64,000 bases of DNA from Octopus sinensis (taxonomy: Eukaryota), in assembly GCF_006345805.1 (NCBI RefSeq), contig NW_021824849.1, positions 1-64,000 of the forward strand, given 5' to 3'. The position numbers and the translations under genes were made by a program. The notes beneath the pieces are model-generated. The model ran no database searches. It was not told where the DNA came from and saw only the letters and a program-made list of their open reading frames with translations. The number at the start of each line of letters is the position of its first letter. Positions within the stretch are counted from its first letter, which is position 1. This document shows, in pieces, positions 26,174-39,440 of the stretch.

Positions 26174-26684
26174 TCATAAATCCTCGAGTATAGTCCACCC
26201 TTGAGTATAATACGCAGGGGATTTTTCGGGGGCTGTACCTCTGAAAAACCTAAACCTTGTGTATAATACACACCCCTTCTCTAACTTGAGTCAAGGAGAC
26301 CTATATAACGTTCTTGGTTTGTAAAAATGTATATTGTAACGTCCTTTATTATTATTGTATATATAACATAATGCAAACATATAGCTTTTTTGTGCAATTT
26401 GTTTGCAGAAAATAAAGAAATAACAGTAATAACGTTTAATAAATGTTGCTTACTGCAAGTTATGGATGATTCTTTTATGACTTCATTGCTTTCAGGCTTA
26501 GCTTAAGGTATTTTCGCGCCCAACATCACAAAATGCGTCTGAATAAACATTACCGGACAGCAAATAGAGACTCGAACATTGCTTAGAAAGTATTTTTCAT
26601 TTTTAACCTCGTATATAGTACGCACTAGGGGTTTTGACCTTTAAATTTTGGGGGAAAATGCGGATTATACTCGAAGATTTATGG
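26174..26684. mobile_element. pogo/Tigger-like MITE
   Basis: TA|TCATAAATCCTCGAGTATAGTCC ... GGATTATACTCGAAGATTTATGG|TA, a ~23-bp TIR. Confidence 0.8.
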
Positions 26685-26739
26685 TATTACATAGCTCATT
26701 AAACTCTGCAATATTTATTTCTAATATTTAGGCTGTGTT

Positions 26740-27395
26740 AAGGTGGCAAACTCGCAGAATAGTTAGCACATCGGCCAAATACTTAGCGGCATTACGTCCA
26801 TCTTTACATCCTGAGTTCCAATGCTGCTAAGGTCGACTTTGCCTTTCATTCTTTCAAGGTCAACGAAATAAGTACCAGTTGACCAACGGGGTCGATGAAA
26901 TCGACTTAATCTCTCCCCGAAATTACTAGCAAAAACTTGAAACTAATACTTAAGCTGTGTTAAGGCGGCGGGCTGGCAGTATCGCTACCGCGCCGGACAA
27001 GATGCTTAGCAGCATTTCGTCAGTCTTTTCGTTCTGAGTTCAAATTCCGCCGAGTTTGAGTTTGCTTTTCATCCTTACGGGGTCAATAGAATAAGTACCA
27101 ACTGAGTACTGGAACTGATGTAGTCGACTTACATTCTCCCCCGAAATCGCTATCCTTGTGTCAAAATTTGAAACCAATATTTGAGCGCGTGGCGGCGACT
27201 AACTGGTAAAATCATTAGATAGTCGGAGAAATGACTGCTGATATTTCTTCCAGCTCTTTACGTTCTGAGTTCAAATCCTTTTATCTTTTCAGGGTCGATA
27301 AAATAAAGTACCTGTCAAATACTGGAGTCGATAGCCTCAACATAACCCTTCACCTCAAAATCTTCTGGCCTTGTGCCTAAATCAGAAATAATTTT
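26740..27395 (+). mobile_element. three head-to-tail older SINE family B copies
   Basis: Three head/B-box/core units. Duplicated flank TAATAxTTAxGCTGTGTTAAGG at ~26722 and ~26944. Confidence 0.8.
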
Positions 27396-27834
27396 AAAGA
27401 CGCGAGTATTACATAAAATCCGAAGATTCATGATTTTCCTTGGAAAAGATGCAGCAATGGTTTTGCTTCCTTCTGCCAGTTTAATTACCATTTATTCTAC
27501 TAGGCTCCTTCTTTCCTGAGCTTACTTTTGAGACTCAAGTTCTATTTGATCCTTTAACACGGTGTTCACGTGGCGTCAGGGCATGTCTACACCATTGGTA
27601 AGCCTAGGTAAAATATGTCTAGGAATCAGCCTCCTCCGAGTCCTTAGTAACTTAGTAATCGGACCATCTGCTACTGTCTGATCTAGAACAGAGCCTTTGA
27701 CAAGTACTCACTCTCCAGATAAAGAGGACTGGGAGTAATGATGGCTAAGTGGTAAGTTCTTACTTCCCCAAACTTATGCTCTCTAGAGTTGGAGTTTCAC
27801 CATTAGATGCAGTGTAATGACGAGTCTAAGACAT

Positions 27835-28020
27835 ATGGGGACATCTGGGAAATTCAAAGGAAGAAGCCAGGAAGACATAGAGAGAAGATACTCGATAGCC
27901 TTCCCATCTAGTTTCAGAAAGATTGGCCTCTTAACGTACTAAGTTGTGTGGGATACATGATGGCAGGGATGTCCATGAGTGCTGACGCCTATAGGCATGG
28001 CACGTGAAGAAACAAAGAGA
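27835..28020 (+). mobile_element. RTE-like LINE 3' end fragment
   Basis: GK..GRRSQ(G)RHREKILDSL ... ADAYRHGT* resembles an RTE C-terminus. Confidence 0.55.
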
Positions 28021-28244
28021 GAATGCTGAATAAGATTTCAGAGATTGTTTAAAGATCTTGAAAATATTCAGGAATCTAACTGGATTCTTTGTCTATTTTA
28101 TGATGAAATAGACTGTGCTAAAAGCTACCGGTGGTTAGGAGGTTAGGGTGCTCAGTGGATCCCTAGACGTGCGTGATGGGAACTCCGTAGCCGTAGGCGG
28201 GTGGACGGGACACGTGGAACCAAGTGTGAATCACAGCCATGGAG

Positions 28245-28249
28245 AGAGA

Positions 28250-28283
<34 letters not shown>

Positions 28284-28388
28284 GAGAGAGAGGAAGAGAG
28301 AGAGAGGAAGAGAGAGAGGAAGAGAGAGAGAGGAAGAGAGAGAGGAAGAGAGAGAGAAAGAGGAAGAGAGAGAGAGGAAGAGAGAGGA
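28245..28388. repeat. (AGGAAGAGAGAG)n purine minisatellite
   Basis: Directly visible. Confidence 0.9.
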
Positions 28389-29170
28389 AACCTTACGTGC
28401 CACCTGAAATAAAAAATACAGGTAGTGAGACTAATCCATTAGAGGAATTTATTGAAATATTCCTGGATCTTGAGAGAAATGCATGGCTCAAACAAATATA
28501 ACTTCCTTTGTAAATTGAATTACAATGAACGTAAACAAACAAACCAAGTTTGCTTTAGAAGCGTTGAAATGTCTTAGAAAGTGAAAGAAGTGATTTTAAA
28601 TTCTCAAACGCAGGATAATGCTAATAATATAGCCTGAACAGGATGAGCTACCCCTATTTTGCAGAAAAAAGGGTTAGGGGCTGGCTAGAATTGAAGAGAT
28701 TGAAGAGATTGAAAATTAGCAGCCAAACAGAAAGGGTCCGAATTTTTTTTTTTGATTACAAGACTTCTGGAAAATTTAGCTTATATGGCACTCTTGTAAT
28801 TTTGATGTGATTGTTAAAAATGTTGTGTTCTGCTATGTTTACAGTCATAAAATTAATGGACTATCATTTTTCATTAGTGATAAAATACGATCTACAAGCT
28901 TTTAAAGTAATAAATATTGTGAGAAAATAAAGGAAGATAACATTTTTCGAAATAAGACTTATATCATTCGCTTTTGGTACTTTCGTATGGTAAATTATCT
29001 CCCTTCGATTTCTTATAATACATAATGTTATGTGAAACATTCATATGCTGCATACATCGCTGGTGAAGATAAGTTATTCACTAATATTTCTAACTTGCCA
29101 CAACATTTTTATTTCTTAAAATTGATTATTATTACAAATATATTGAATGTATGAATGTACAAGTTGCACA

Positions 29171-29434
29171 GTGGAGGCGCGTGGCTTAGTGGTTAGGGTG
29201 TCAGCACCATGATCGTAAAATTGAGGTTTCGATTCCTGGACCGGGCGATGCGTTATGTTCTTGAGCAAAACACTTCATTTCACGTTGCTCCAGTCCACTC
29301 AGCTAGCAAAAATGAGTAACGCTGCGATGGACTGGCGTCCCGTCCAGCTGGGGTGCACATACGCTATAGAAACCGGGAAACCGGGCCCATGAGCCTGGCT
29401 AGGCTTTAATAAAAGGGGCGCATTTATTTATTAT
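29171..29434 (+). mobile_element. tRNA-derived SINE family D with TSD
   Basis: 13-bp TSD TACAAGTTGCACA (29158-29170, 29435-29447). CORE-like TTCTTGAGCAAAACACTT. Second copy at 41693-41958 (-). Confidence 0.9.
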
Positions 29435-29879
29435 TACAAGTTGCACAAGTACTCTTCGAGATTTATTCCCCAAAACTCCGAGGTAACCAGACTATTTTAG
29501 TGAGTGCGTGATTGGGTGGAGACGATAAAGGTACTGTAAGTCTACGGTAGCTTTCATACATAGTGACTGAAAGCCTGTTCCAAATAAGACTAACTTGAGG
29601 CTAAACAACAAAATCAGCAACTACCTAACTTCACATACGTATACAAGGTTAAATAAATACATGAACATGTGAGTATACCTACCCTCTTCTGTATTGTAAG
29701 AAAGTTTGGAGTAAGGTATTAAGAGATAAACACTGTAGTAACAAGATTAGTAAACGGTATGATAAGATGAAATTCGATAATGTTAAAGTATGTATATGCC
29801 ACACCCAATAAGTAAAATAGCCAGTAGGGGACGGAAAATCCGTACTAGCAATTAATTTCACTATCAAGGTCGTAAGGAA

Positions 29880-30560
29880 AACGGCGAGCTGGCAAATTTG
29901 TTAACATGTCGGGTGAAATGCTTAGAAACGTTAGCACGCCGGGAGAAATGCTTATTAGTATTTCGTCTGCCGTAAGGCCGCGAGCTGGAAGAAACGTTAG
30001 CACGTCGGACGAATTGCGTAGCCGTATTTCGTCTGCCGTTACGTTCTAAGTTCAAATTCCGCCGCGGTCGACTTTGCCTTTCATCCTTTCGGGATCGATA
30101 AATTAAGCACCAGTTACGCACTGGGGTCGATGTAATCGACTTAATACCTATTTCTGTCCTTATTTGTCCCCTCTATGTTTAGCCCCTTGTGGGTAATAAA
30201 GACATAGGTATTTCGTCTGCCGTTACGTTCTGAGTTCAAATTCCGCCGAGGTCGACTTTGCCTTTCATCCTTTCGGGGTCGATAGATTATGTACCTTTTA
30301 CGCACTGGGGTCGATATAATTGACTTAATCCGTCTGTCTGTCCTTGTTTATCTCCTCTGTGTTTAGCCCCTTGAGGGTAGTAAAGAAATTGGTATTTCGG
30401 CCATCTTTACGTTCTGAGTTTTAATTCCGCTGAGATCAACTTTACCTTTAAATCCTTTCGGGGCTTGATAAAATAAGTACCAGTTGAACACTGGGGTCAA
30501 TTTAATCGACTTAGCCCCTGCTCCAAACCTGCTGGCCTTGTACCAAAAATTTTAATCCAG
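29880..30560 (+). mobile_element. SINE family B composite: three stacked heads followed by three bodies
   Basis: Head fragments at ~29884, ~29925 and ~29978. Bodies are joined at 30201-30214 and 30385-30398. Confidence 0.85.
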
Positions 30561-31227
30561 TATTAAAGTCGTAAGGAGAACAGGTAGGTAGTGAACCGGG
30601 AGTGTTACTACATCATCGGATAAAAATGTGTTGTGGTACCTATTCCGGATCTCTGCGCACTGAGTTCAAATCCTGCCAAGATCATCTTTGCTTTTTATCC
30701 TTCTACGGTCGATAGATATAATACAAGTCGAATACTAAATTCACTTCTTTCCCACACCCTCTCACTCACTGTCACCCCCGTCCTTTTTCTCTCACCGTTA
30801 AAATGTAGTTCTTGAAAAAGTGTTATATATCTAAGGCCAGTGCCCCCGAGCGAGAAGAAGTCTGTTGGACTAGAACAAGTGTAGATTTGAGGGCGGTTTA
30901 AAAGATAAGTTATAGCAGAGTAAAAATGGCGGTGATTAGGAGAGGTCATAAAAACTATTAAGAGAAAAAGGAGATAAAAGATAAATGAATCGGCCGTAGG
31001 GTGAAAGAAAATTCAAAACAGATAATAAAGTTTTACGGAGATGTACTTGCATAGCAAGTGATTTGATCTGAGATCGTGTGCTGAAACGAAAACAATTGCA
31101 GCGTGGAAGGTGTTTGTAAGATAATAAAGTAAAAAGTAAAAATGCAAATGAAAACACAAAGAAATACAATAATACAATAACAATATACGAGTCGATTCAG
31201 AGAAGGGTCGGGGTATTAGAATTCCTA

Positions 31228-31985
31228 TAGGTGCAGGAGTGGCTGTGTGAAGAGGATTAATGCCTCATTCAGTATTTTTTTTAAAAAAAGAACAATGTTT
31301 TAGAGAAGCAAAAGTCGGCGAACGCTTTTCGTCTTCTCCCATCCTCATAATCCTCGTATCATTATCATTCATCTCATTAATGTCCGAGTCCAGCCCGCAA
31401 GCTACCTTACTCTATGTACTGCCTTTATGGCAAATTTGATAAAATAAGAGTAGATTGCTTACGAACCACATGGTTCCGGGTTCAGTCCCACTGCGTAGCA
31501 CCTTGGGCAAGTGTTTTTTACTATAGCCTCGGACCGACCAAAACCTTGTGAGTGGATTTGGTAGATAGAAACTGAGAGAAGCCCGCCGTATATATGCATA
31601 AATGTGTGTGTGTGTGTGTGTGTGTATGTTTGTGTGTCTGTGTTTGTCCTCCCAATATCACTTGACAACCGATGCTGGTGTGTTTACGTCCCTTTTACTC
31701 TCTTACTTGTTTCAGCCATTTGACTGTGGCCATGCTGGAGCACCGCCGTTAGTCGAGCAAATCGACACCAGGACTTATTCTTTGTAAGCCTAGTACTTAT
31801 TCTATCGCTTGACAACCGATGCTGGTGTGCTTACGTCTCCGTCACTTAGCGGTTCGGCAAAAGGGACCGATAGAATAAGTACTAGGCTTACAAAGAATAA
31901 GTCCTGGGGGTCGATTTGCTCGACTAACGGCGGTGCTCCAGCATGGCCACAGTCAAATGACTGAAACAAGTAAAAGAGTAAAAAG
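31228..31985 (+). mobile_element. rearranged SINE family A (split head, internal inverted 3' copy)
   Basis: Head 31228-31250, ~200-bp interruption, body resumes at 31449. Inverted tail 31697-31806. 30-bp duplication at 31661-31690 / 31807-31836. Confidence 0.8.
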
Positions 31986-32288
31986 AGACGAGAAATTAGA
32001 CAAGAAAGAAAATAGACGAGGAAGAAGAAGAAGAAGAAGAAGAAGAAAGAAAAAAGGAACCAATGATAAATAAGGAGGATGAGGAGGAAAATATACGGGG
32101 GAAGAAGAGGGTGAGGAGAACAGAGAAGCAAATGACGAGGAAGAAGAAGAAGAAGAAGAGGGTGAAGGGGTGTAGAATGCAAAATAAACGAAGCAGCTAA
32201 GTTTCCTTCCACTTATAAACTCCCCCCCCCCACCTACATCGTCTCAAACTGTTTAGAAAAGATATAAGAAGTGGGTAGGATAAGAAAG

Positions 32289-32332
<44 letters not shown>

Positions 32333-32513
32333 GGGGAGAGAGAGAAGCATCGTGGGAGTGGAAAGAATGATGCAAAGAAGGAGGGAGTAAGAGAGTACTA
32401 TAGCGAGTGAGTGAATGAGTGAGTGAGTGAGTAAGGAGAGAGAGAGAGAGAGAATGAGAGGTGCGGTATGTAATCACTGAATAACTGTTGCTTGACTTCA
32501 CTCACTTACTCAC

Positions 32514-32523
32514 CAACACCACC

Positions 32524-32559
<36 letters not shown>

Positions 32560-32672
32560 GTTGCTGCCACTGCTGCTGCTGCTGCTACGACTATGGCGAC
32601 GACGACGGCGGCTACTACTACTACTACTAGTTCTGCTAGAAATAACAGTCAAATCTTCCCTTATATCACGCT
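32514..32672 (-). CDS. candidate low-complexity coding exon
   Basis: TTTCTCCATTGACAG|159 nt|GTGAGT. Symmetric phase 1-1: ERDIREDLTVISSRTSSSSSSRRRRRHSRS...GGGGGV. Mostly trinucleotide repeat, so the open frame is weak evidence. Confidence 0.25.
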
Positions 32673-32803
32673 CTGTCAATGGAGAAAGCGTGTATAGCAA
32701 CATTGGATATATACTATTATTGAAAGAAGTGGTCTACTCGATCAGGACTGACTAGGACACCAACACCAACATCAACTACTACTACTACTATTACTACTAC
32801 TAT

Positions 32804-32836
<33 letters not shown>

Positions 32837-34015
32837 GACTACTACCGTTATCGCTTCTACTAGTATAAGGCGATGACGGCTACTTGTAGTTAAGAGAGCC
32901 TTGAAGTGGTCTCTCATCCCGCTAGAAATAGTAGCCCAAAATCTCCCTTATAATACGGTCTGTCGAGAGAGAGAGAGAGAAAATGGGAGAGGGATATTGG
33001 ATGATTTAGTCCAAGATACACTATGCATGAAAGAAAAAGGAGAAAAAAGAAAGAAAACGAGCGAACGGGATAGTCGAGGCTAGAGCGCCTTTGATCAGTG
33101 GCTTTTTCTTAATTTCGATTAGGGCTGAACGCAAGGGAAACATCGCCTCCACCACCACCGCAAATCATAGTACCACCACCACCACCAGCAACAACAACAG
33201 GAACACTACTACTGTTACTACTACCCCAACCTGCTATTATGTTGCCGGATGACAACTTCCACTAACATTCTTTAAGACTGGTCCCACACATACAAAGTTG
33301 GTTTACACATACATACACAGAGACAGGGAATACATAGTCACATATATATATATGAATATATTTATATACATAGATACACACTTCATGGCACATACATCAA
33401 CGTAAGCCGGAAAAATCTTACACACACATTTTTACACACGCATTGAGACACACACTGTTTTAAGTTTCTTTAAAACAAACTATCACCATGCGGACGTATA
33501 TATATCAGGTCTGACAATACATATATATTTTTTTTTTTTGTGTGAACTTCTAAATGAGAAGAATGTAAACGAAGGATGTCTACAAATAATAACAACAATA
33601 TTGACGATATACAAAGTTTTTCTCATCGTCGCTATTGTTATTATTTTTTTCCTCCTGTGTTTTCTGCTCCTACGACAAGAAAGCGCGTCCTGAACACACA
33701 AAGTTTTATCGATATTCAAGGATTATAAAAGAAAATATCGCTGATTCCCTAATTGATGTTACCGTGGAAATAGGTTTAAAAATTTTTTTAAAACTTCATT
33801 AGGATATTTCACGCTTATAATAATATATAATAATATATTTAAATAAATGCACACAAACAAACACATATATATATATTTATAGGCATACACATGTAATATA
33901 TTCATATATATTTATATTTTATGTATGTACATATTTGATTGAAGGCCTTGCATCTATATAAGCGTGTTTGTGTGTATGTATATATGTATGTGTGTGTATA
34001 ATTGAACGTATGATT

Positions 34016-34055
<40 letters not shown>

Positions 34056-35022
34056 TACATAATTATATTATGCATGTATTCTAGATTAATGAGTGTGAAC
34101 TTGACGATGTAAAAATTAGTTTCTGATTGAAATATTTACGCATACACACACATTCATACACATATACAGACAGACATATATACATCCATACGTACCCACG
34201 TATATGCATACACACATACATACATAACACATGAAATTTTATATAAGTCTGCGTCCACGCCTGAGTATGTATATATATATATATTTAATATGATATAATA
34301 TAATGCATATTATAGATAATATACATACTTGCTTATGTTAGCACATTGACAAAATGGAATTTCTTGTGATTCACTTTACCATATTGGAGGGAATACTTTA
34401 ACCAAACTCTGAAGAAATCAATAACCAAAATATTTATTGGATGTGTACAACACGTGGAATTTTACACTGCTTATCAACAAAAATAGGGGAATTATGACGT
34501 AAGTATGAAGAAGATACCTTTTTTATTATTTTACTTTCTATCCTATTTTTCTTTTGTTTTCATTTATGTACCTATTTACATAATCCTGACAGAGTACGGG
34601 GAGCTTGCTTCTCAGCCATGCGGTTCTTGGTTCAATTCCACTGCTCGGCATTTCGGGCAAGTGTCGTCGCGGCTGTAGATAACCTTGGGCCTTGTGAGTG
34701 GATTTGGTCGGCGAAAACTGAAAGAAGCCCATCGTGTATTTATGTGCGTGTATGTATTTTTGTTTGTCCCTACCCACCACCACCAACGCTTGACAACCGG
34801 GGCTGGCTTGTTTACGTTCCTGTATCAGAAGCGGTCCAGCAATAGAGGTAATATTTCGGTATTAGTATATGACGTCAGTCATGGTTGAGTGTGTGTGTTT
34901 GACTGTTAAGTACTGTCGAGTAGAGAAAATGAGAAAAACACGTTACACACACACACACATGATGTCAAATACTTTTTCCGAAAGATTGCCGCGCGAAAGA
35001 GACCGATTGACTCAATAATCTT

Positions 35023-35455
35023 TTACTCTTTTACTTGTTTCAGTCATTTGACTGTGGCCATGCTGCAGCACTGCCTTTAGTCGAGCAAATCGACCCCAGG
35101 ACTTATTCTTTGTAAGCCTAGTACTTATTCTATCGGTGTCTTTTGCCGAACCGCTAAGTTACGAGGACGTAAACACGCCAGCATCGGTTGTCAAGCGATG
35201 TTGGGAGAACAAACACACAAACACACACACATATATATATATATATAGATAAATAGATAGATAGATATAGATATAGATATATGCATATATACGACGAGCT
35301 TCTTTCAGTTTCCGTCTGCCAAATCCACTCACAAGGCTTTGGTCGGCCCGAGGCTATAGTAGAAGACACTTGCCCAAGGTGCCACGCAGTGGGACTGAAC
35401 CTGGAACCATGAGGTTGGTAAGCAAACTACTTACCACACAGCCACTCCCACGCCT
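35023..35455 (-). mobile_element. SINE family A, full length
   Basis: Reverse complement of the family A consensus seen at 21973. Confidence 0.92.
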
Positions 35456-35825
35456 ATAGAAACACATTTAAAAAAAAAAAAAAATCATGGGGTTGATTTG
35501 TTCGACAAAACCCTTTAAGGTGGTGTCCCATTATGGCCGCTTGCCATTGACTTTGAAAGAAGGAAAAGATTTTTTTTATTTATGAGTAAATTTCGTGGAA
35601 AAATTCTCACTCCCCCACTTTTTTCTTTTTAGCGGCGTCGACCTTGTTTATTGTTGTTGAGGTTGTTGCTGCTTTTGTCATCGCTGTTGTTGTTGTTGTT
35701 ATTTTTGTTGTCATCGTTGTTGTTGATGATGTTGCCACTGTTGTCATCGCTGCTGCTGCTGTTCCTATCTGTGTTCTTGTTTTGACATTCTTAATGGCTC
35801 GATGTTTTAGCCTAGCTATATCTGT

Positions 35826-36081
35826 TTACACACGCACGAGCACACACACATACACACACATACAGAAACACATGAACACATGCACACACATACATACACA
35901 CACACAGAAACACATGAACGCATACTCACATACATACTCACACTCACACACACATACACACACACACACACACATACACACAGACATACACACACATACA
36001 CACACAGATACAGAAACACATGAACACATACTCACATACATACACACACTCACACATACATACACACACTCACACACACAT

Positions 36082-36112
<31 letters not shown>

Positions 36113-36420
36113 GACACACACAAACACACACACACAGAAACACACGAACACATACATACACACACGCAGAGAAACACACGAACATATACTCACACACATA
36201 CAACCAGATACACACACACACACAGAGAAACATATACACAGAAAACACACACACCACACACACACACACACATATATATAAGTACAGACACATGATGTGT
36301 ACGTGTGCATATATGTACATATATCTCCCTCTCTCTTTCTCTCTCTCACACACACACACGCGCGCAAACACGCATTCACAAACACACACACACATACACA
36401 CACGCATGTACAAACACATT
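35826..36420. repeat. CA-rich cryptic minisatellite
   Basis: Recurrent CAGAAACACAyGAAC unit embedded in degenerate (CA)n. Confidence 0.8.
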
Positions 36421-36439
36421 ATGGATTAATATCTTTTTC

Positions 36440-36642
36440 TTTTACTTCAGTCATTAGATTGCGGCCATGCTGGGGCAGCGCCTTGGAGAATTTTTAGTCG
36501 AATGAATCGACCCTGGTGCATATATTTTGTTCAGCATGGTACTTATTATATCGGTTTCTCTTGCCAATCCGATAAGTTATAGGGACGTAAACACACCAAC
36601 GCCGGTTGGCAAGCGGGGTGGGGCATAGATACACACACACAC

Positions 36643-36706
<64 letters not shown>

Positions 36707-37115
36707 TAAAAATATATATAAAACTACAAAATGGGTCAAGAACGCAAAACATTCAAATAGACGACAAAAAACACGGACGGGTCATTCGAAGCCTCTAATC
36801 TTCAGTAAAGAACCGATCATCCTCGCAATTTCGGCTGATTAATCTTGAGATCGCTCCGATCCGGCCAGCCCCAAGGAAAAACTAAGCTACGAGCATTAGA
36901 TTTCTTGGGAAAAGGATCGAATGTATACGAAACAAGGACAGAAAAACGGACGATGCCTCACGAATATAAATACAGAAAACAATAATAGTAATAACAGGAC
37001 ACGATAGGCATCATTTAGTTTCCGTCTACCAAATTCAATCTCAAGGATTTGGTCGACCCGAGGAACTAGTAGAAGACACTTGACCAAGGTGCCGGGACTG
37101 AACCCGGAACCAGAG
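36440..37115 (-). mobile_element. SINE family A interrupted by repeat H6
   Basis: SINE tail 36440-36630 and head ~37010-37115 are separated by (TA)n and the H6 repeat (~36700-37000). Confidence 0.7.
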
Positions 37116-37202
37116 TAAGCACAACCAAATCTCAACCAAAACTGTCTTTCGAACAGGAACGTGAAACTCTGAGTAACAGTCTTTGCAGCTTTATTAATAA
37201 AG

Positions 37203-37240
<38 letters not shown>

Positions 37241-37245
37241 GATAT

Positions 37246-37299
<54 letters not shown>

Positions 37300-37889
37300 G
37301 GTTACTGGTGTTGGTTTGTTTATGTTCTCGTCGTAAATTATTCTATCGATCTCTAACCAAACCGCTAATTTACGGTCGTATATTTGTATATGTATGTGTG
37401 TGTGTGTGTGTGTTTGTCCCCCCAACATCGCTTCACAACCGATGCTGGTGTGTTTACGTCTCCGTTACTTAGCGGTTCGGCAAAAGCGACCGATAGAATA
37501 AGTACTAGGCTTACAAAGACTAAGTTGCGGAATCGATTTGCTCGACTAAAGGCGGTGCTCCAGCATGGCCGCAGGCAAATGACTGAAACAAGTAAAAGAG
37601 AGTATGTATTTATATGTGTGCGTATATGTATGTATGTTTACGTATTTCTGTGTCATTCCTTATACATAATACACATGCCAAAATTGTTGCTATGTAGGAA
37701 GGGCAGAAAACAATGCATATTCTAAATATACATACATATACTCACAGTTTCACAATGAGGTGAATAAAATCAAAATAAGCAACAGGATATTTTGATTTTA
37801 TTCACCATATTTTGAAACTGTACGGATAATTCCGCACTAATTTTTGGTGCCTCACCTTAGGCACCTAATTCGTCTGATTCTCAGTTATT

Positions 37890-38577
37890 TGGTATTCTTT
37901 CGATATAACTCGACAAAATCAAAACATTTCACTTCTGGTATTTCCGTGGAAGCAAATGACAGTTCGACTCTGTTTTCTGCTTGGAAATTTGCGGATTTTA
38001 CATGATGGAAGCACTCCGTCGGTTCCGACGACGAGGGTTCCGGTTGATCCGAATCAACGGAACAGCCTGTTCGTGAAATTAACGTGTAAGTGGCTGAGCA
38101 CTCCACAGACACGTGTATCCTTAACGTAGTTCTCGGGGATATTCAGCGTGACACAGAGAGTGACAAGGCCGGCCCTTTGAAATACAGGTACAACAGAAAC
38201 AGGAAGTAAGAGAGAGAGAGAGAGAGTTGTGGTGAAAGAGTACAGCAGGGACCACCACCATCCCCTGCCGGAGCCTCGTGGAGCTTTTTAGGTGTTTTCG
38301 CTCAATAAACACCCACAACGCCCGGTCTGGGAATCGAAACCGCGATCCTACGACCGCGAGTCCGCTGCCCTAACCACTGGGCCACTGGGCCATTGCGCCT
38401 CCACGGATTTTACATACATATATGAAACAGATAAGAACAAATATGCAAGGCTTTTTTTCTCCAAGTTTAAAATGAGACATTGCCGGCATAATCTCGTTAT
38501 ATCTATACTCCACAACCCACGGAAATACCCCAAGTGAAATGTTTTGGTTTTGTCGAGTTATATCGAAGGAATGCCAG
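37890..38577. mobile_element. MITE-like element with ~60-bp inverted termini, interrupted by SINE C
   Basis: 37890-37950 is the reverse complement of ~38517-38577 (CCACGGAAATACC..AAGTGAAATGTTTTG.TTTTGTCGAGTTATATCGAA). Confidence 0.6.
38004..38403 (-). mobile_element. SINE family C, full length with TSD
   Basis: TSD CGGATTTTACAT at 37992-38003 and 38404-38415. Confidence 0.92.
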
Positions 38578-38681
38578 TTATTTTACATATGCACACTCAA
38601 ATGCAACTTCCCCACACATACACACATATAGGCACGCGTCTATACACATAGATACATAGCCACAGCATTACACAAACACAT

Positions 38682-39440
38682 GTGAAGGCGCATGGCTCAG
38701 TGGTTAGAGCGTCGGGCTCCCAATCATGAGGTAGTGAGTTCGATTCCTGGACAGGGCTGTGTGTTGTGTTCTTGAGCAAGACACTTTATTCCATTTTGCT
38801 CCAGTTCACTGAGCTGTAGAAATGAGTTGCGATGTCACTGGTGTCAAGCTGTATCAGCCTTTGCCTTTCCCTTGGATAACATCAATGGTGTTAAGAGGGG
38901 TGGCGAGATGGTAGAATCGTTAGTGTGCCGGGCGAAATCCTTAACGTCATTTCGTCTGTCTTTACGTTCTGAGTTCAAATTCCACCGAGGTCGATTTTGT
39001 CTTTCATCCTTTCAGAGTCGATAAATTAAATACCTATTTCTTTATTACCCACAAGGGGCTAAAAATAGAGGGGACAAACAAGGACAGACATAGGTATTAA
39101 GTCGATTACATCGACCCCAGTGCGTAACTGGTACTTAATTTATCGACCCCGAAAGGATGAAAGGCAAAGTCGACCTCGGCGGAATTTGAACTCAGAACGT
39201 AACTGCAGACGAAATACCGCTATGCACTTCACCCGGCGTGCTAACGTTTCAGCCAGCTCGCCGCCTTCGATAAATTAAATACCAGTGACGCACTGGCATC
39301 GATGTAGTCGACTAGGCCCTTCCCCCAAATTTCAGGCCTTGTGCCTATTGTAGAAAGGTGTTAAGAGGGGTGGCTGATATGCATGGGCGACTGCTGGTCT
39401 TCCATAAACAACCTTGCCCCAACTTGTGCTTCTGGGCCCC
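38682..39440 (+). mobile_element. triple-nested SINEs (family E host, B inside, B inside B)
   Basis: 18-bp TSD 38887-38904 / 39357-39374 and 17-bp TSD 39018-39034 / 39267-39283. Confidence 0.9.
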
